From: a virus
Lineage: Duplodnaviria; Heunggongvirae; Uroviricota; Caudoviricetes
DNA: 64,000 bases
IMG/VR virus record: IMGVR_UViG_2802429224_000004
Span: 31,285 to 95,284 of that record
Strand: one strand, 5' to 3'
The translations under genes and the position numbers were made by a program. Below the pieces are notes generated by a model. The model saw only the letters and a list, made by a program, of their open reading frames with translations, was not told where the DNA came from and made no database searches. This document shows, in pieces, positions 61,624 through 64,000 of the stretch (the first letter of the stretch is position 1; every line of letters starts with the position of its first letter).

Positions 61624-64000
61624 TTATGGTAATGCGCTCTTGATTAACTGATAAATATCATCATTAGCAAACTGCGTTTTGAATTCAACTTTAACAGACT
61701 GACTTATTTGATTGAAAAGCGCCTGGGCATGTTCAATTTTCTTTTTTTCTTCAAGCCGTAAACTATCCTTACTATCTACGTTTTTTGTTTCAATGATAAA
61801 GTTAAGATAATCACCTTCTGCTGTTTTTACAACATAAGCAAAATCGGGTGAGTAAGTGTATCCACCAGCTACCGGGATCTTAATAGAATTCTTCGGTATC
61901 TTTGAAAAAACAACAACAGACTGGATCTCTCTATCTGTTATATTACGCCTTTCAAGCTCTGAATCATAAAAAACTTCTTCAAAAAGATAAGTATCTAATG
62001 GTGCTTTTGAATTATCCTGTAATACACCAAGATCACTTGATAATACCTCGTCTAGAGGCTTACCATCAGCATTTGTGAACTTTGTGGGATGAATTGAACC
62101 CGAAATCAAATTATATCCGAGGCTGAATTTATTAAACGAATTGTTCAACAAATACTTACTAAAACCAGATTTAATTTTTCTGATTGTTTGAATATTCAGG
62201 TATTCAGTGATATTAATAGTGTCTTTTATATCACAAAAAACTTTATGTAAAGTATCGTGTTTAACAAAAATAGTCTGTGATAAGTTATCGAGAAACTCTC
62301 GATAACTCATTGTGTTTAGCTTAGCAAAGTCATCGTCATCACTAACAATGCTTTTCGACATTGCCATATCATTGTGGATGTAAATTTTATCAATGCGAGT
62401 ATGAACGCCTGATTTGGTAAATCGTTCTGTTTCTTCGAGCATGAATGACTTGAAAATGGATAAAAACTCATTTTCACTGTTTATTTTGTACTCAATCACC
62501 GCTTTTTGATTGATTAATTCCCATAGTTCTTTCAGCTCACTGAACTTACCAACACGCATTTTAGTGCGTCTTTTTCCATCAGTAGCTTTTTTGATTTTAC
62601 CTGGTTTCACTCCTATAGGGAATGCTGCTGGATATTTGGATTTTAAGCGGCTGTAGGCATCTGAATCTTTGAAATTATCATTGTCATCAATGATTTCATC
62701 ATTGAAAAGTTCATTCATTAGTGCTCTGGATGAAAGCTCAGGATACTGAGCCCTGATTTGTTCCTTAAGCTCTTGAGTAAACTTACTTGGAACCCTTTCT
62801 TTGAAAGAACTCTCATTGACCTCTTTAACAAGTGAGTCAACAAAATCCTTTTCTGTAAAATCGACATAATATTTAAGGGTAAAATTGCGGTCTTTCACTC
62901 GACACATGTATTCATTCACAGGAAGACGCAAACCGCGCCCTACCTCTTGAAGCTTGGATGTGGTACTACCGCTCGAACGGAGCTTACAGATCTGAAAGAC
63001 ATTAGGATTATCCCATCCCTCACGCAACGTCCATTTGGAGAAAATGAAACGACGTGGATTATCTAAAGACAGCAAAAGCTCTTTGTCATGAAGGATTTCG
63101 TTGATTTCCTTCTCGATTTTATCATCCTTATCACTGTTATCTTTTGAAAAATAACCGCCATGAACGGAAGATATATCTTTAACTGTTTTTTCAAGATAGT
63201 TACTATAAAACTCATCTTTTTCTATTTTTAACAGTTCATTAGCTTCTGCCAAAACATATTCTTCGAACTTAGCTTTCAAACTTCCGGCAATATTATTACC
63301 GTCACGATAACCTTCAATATCATCAATAAAGAAAAGAGTAAGAGGCTTTATGCGTGGCCTTTGTGTCAGAAACTCTTTTTCTAACTTAAAGTGTTCTTTG
63401 ATAGCTTTCCTCATCATGCTGTCAGCAAGTGTCTGATCGTAAGAATAGGGGTTTATTGAGCAACCAATTTTTAGCTCAATACCATTACTCAACACTACTG
63501 TATTCTTGCCTAAGGCATCAAGAGTTAAATCGTGAATAGCACTATGTGTCTTAGATAGAGATTCGCCTTTTGTTAACTTAAATAAAGTTTTCTTGTTATT
63601 TTCATTTAGCTCAAATGTAACTTCTTCCCCATCAGATTTAATGAACTTTAGGTTGGCGTCACCATCACCAACAATATCCTCAATGTACGCATCAATACCT
63701 TTAACAAGGTCTTCATTAAATGCATCCACAGCTGTAAGTCGATAAACTAAATTCTTATAGCCTTCACTAAAGGTCGCACCGTAGCGGATAATATATTGAG
63801 CATTAAACTTCTCTATATTTTCCCATGTCTTTTTACCAGTAGGAAATTTATGTGGTTCATCAATGATAATGAATGGTTTTACCGCACCAAGAGCTGAAAA
63901 GGGAGAATCAAAATGATTGTCAAGCAAGCCAACATCATAAGTGGAATTTAAATTCTTAGAGTGAATCATTCCCGTGTTAATAACAAGAACATGTATATAT
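61624..64000 (-). CDS. res: Type III restriction enzyme Res subunit, C-terminal about 790 aa; N-terminus lies beyond the right edge
   Basis: Helicase motifs IIIDEPHKF (DEPH) and REGWDNPNV...LRSSGSTTSKLQEVGRGLRL, plus a C-terminal PD-(D/E)xK-like GYTYSPDFAYV...IIETK. Confidence 0.75.
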   Translation of the reverse strand, partial: YIHVLVINTGMIHSKNLNSTYDVGLLDNHFDSPFSALGAVKPFIIIDEPHKFPTGKKTWENIEKFNAQYIIRYGATFSEGYKNLVYRLTAVDAFNEDLVKGIDAYIEDIVGDGDANLKFIKSDGEEVTFELNENNKKTLFKLTKGESLSKTHSAIHDLTLDALGKNTVVLSNGIELKIGCSINPYSYDQTLADSMMRKAIKEHFKLEKEFLTQRPRIKPLTLFFIDDIEGYRDGNNIAGSLKAKFEEYVLAEANELLKIEKDEFYSNYLEKTVKDISSVHGGYFSKDNSDKDDKIEKEINEILHDKELLLSLDNPRRFIFSKWTLREGWDNPNVFQICKLRSSGSTTSKLQEVGRGLRLPVNEYMCRVKDRNFTLKYYVDFTEKDFVDSLVKEVNESSFKERVPSKFTQELKEQIRAQYPELSSRALMNELFNDEIIDDNDNFKDSDAYSRLKSKYPAAFPIGVKPGKIKKATDGKRRTKMRVGKFSELKELWELINQKAVIEYKINSENEFLSIFKSFMLEETERFTKSGVHTRIDKIYIHNDMAMSKSIVSDDDDFAKLNTMSYREFLDNLSQTIFVKHDTLHKVFCDIKDTINITEYLNIQTIRKIKSGFSKYLLNNSFNKFSLGYNLISGSIHPTKFTNADGKPLDEVLSSDLGVLQDNSKAPLDTYLFEEVFYDSELERRNITDREIQSVVVFSKIPKNSIKIPVAGGYTYSPDFAYVVKTAEGDYLNFIIETKNVDSKDSLRLEEKKKIEHAQALFNQISQSVKVEFKTQFANDDIYQLIKSALP

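Overview
This window is a contiguous stretch of a P1-like temperate phage-plasmid (Punavirus-type), not P1 itself: Cre differs from the remembered P1 Cre at two or more residues. All names rest on recognising proteins and motifs by eye; nothing was searched or aligned. Reading left to right: tail genes (truncated tape-measure-like gene at the left edge), an AT-rich three-gene module at the sim position, immI (C1 operator, c4-like RNA, icd, ant), the kilA-repL lytic replicon, a hok/mok-like toxin, sheath/head genes, parS-parB-parA, an inserted T5orf172-domain gene, incA-repA-incC-oriR, a C1-controlled rdgC-dmt operon, a tRNA and structured-RNA leader, ban with a coupled glycosyltransferase-like gene, a baseplate operon, a pmg/ppp cluster, hot, a LexA-boxed humD with a frameshift, phd-doc, lpa, pacA-pacB with the pac site, a second immI-like module, c1-coi, loxP-cre-cra-ref-mat, and the 3' part of a type III res gene. 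About 15 matches to the C1 operator consensus ATTGCTCTAATAAATTT are spread across the window. The most likely undescribed content is, in order: the family of covarying RNA hairpins plus an atypical tRNA-like element between dmt and ban; the T5orf172-domain gene between incA and the par operon; the second operator/c4-like/icd/ant module with a different antisense loop between pacB and c1; and the AT-rich module at the sim locus. Track ORF starts are longest-ORF starts (often GTG/TTG), so several true starts are probably downstream. Coordinates of non-ORF features were counted from ORF boundaries and may be off by 1-2 nt.
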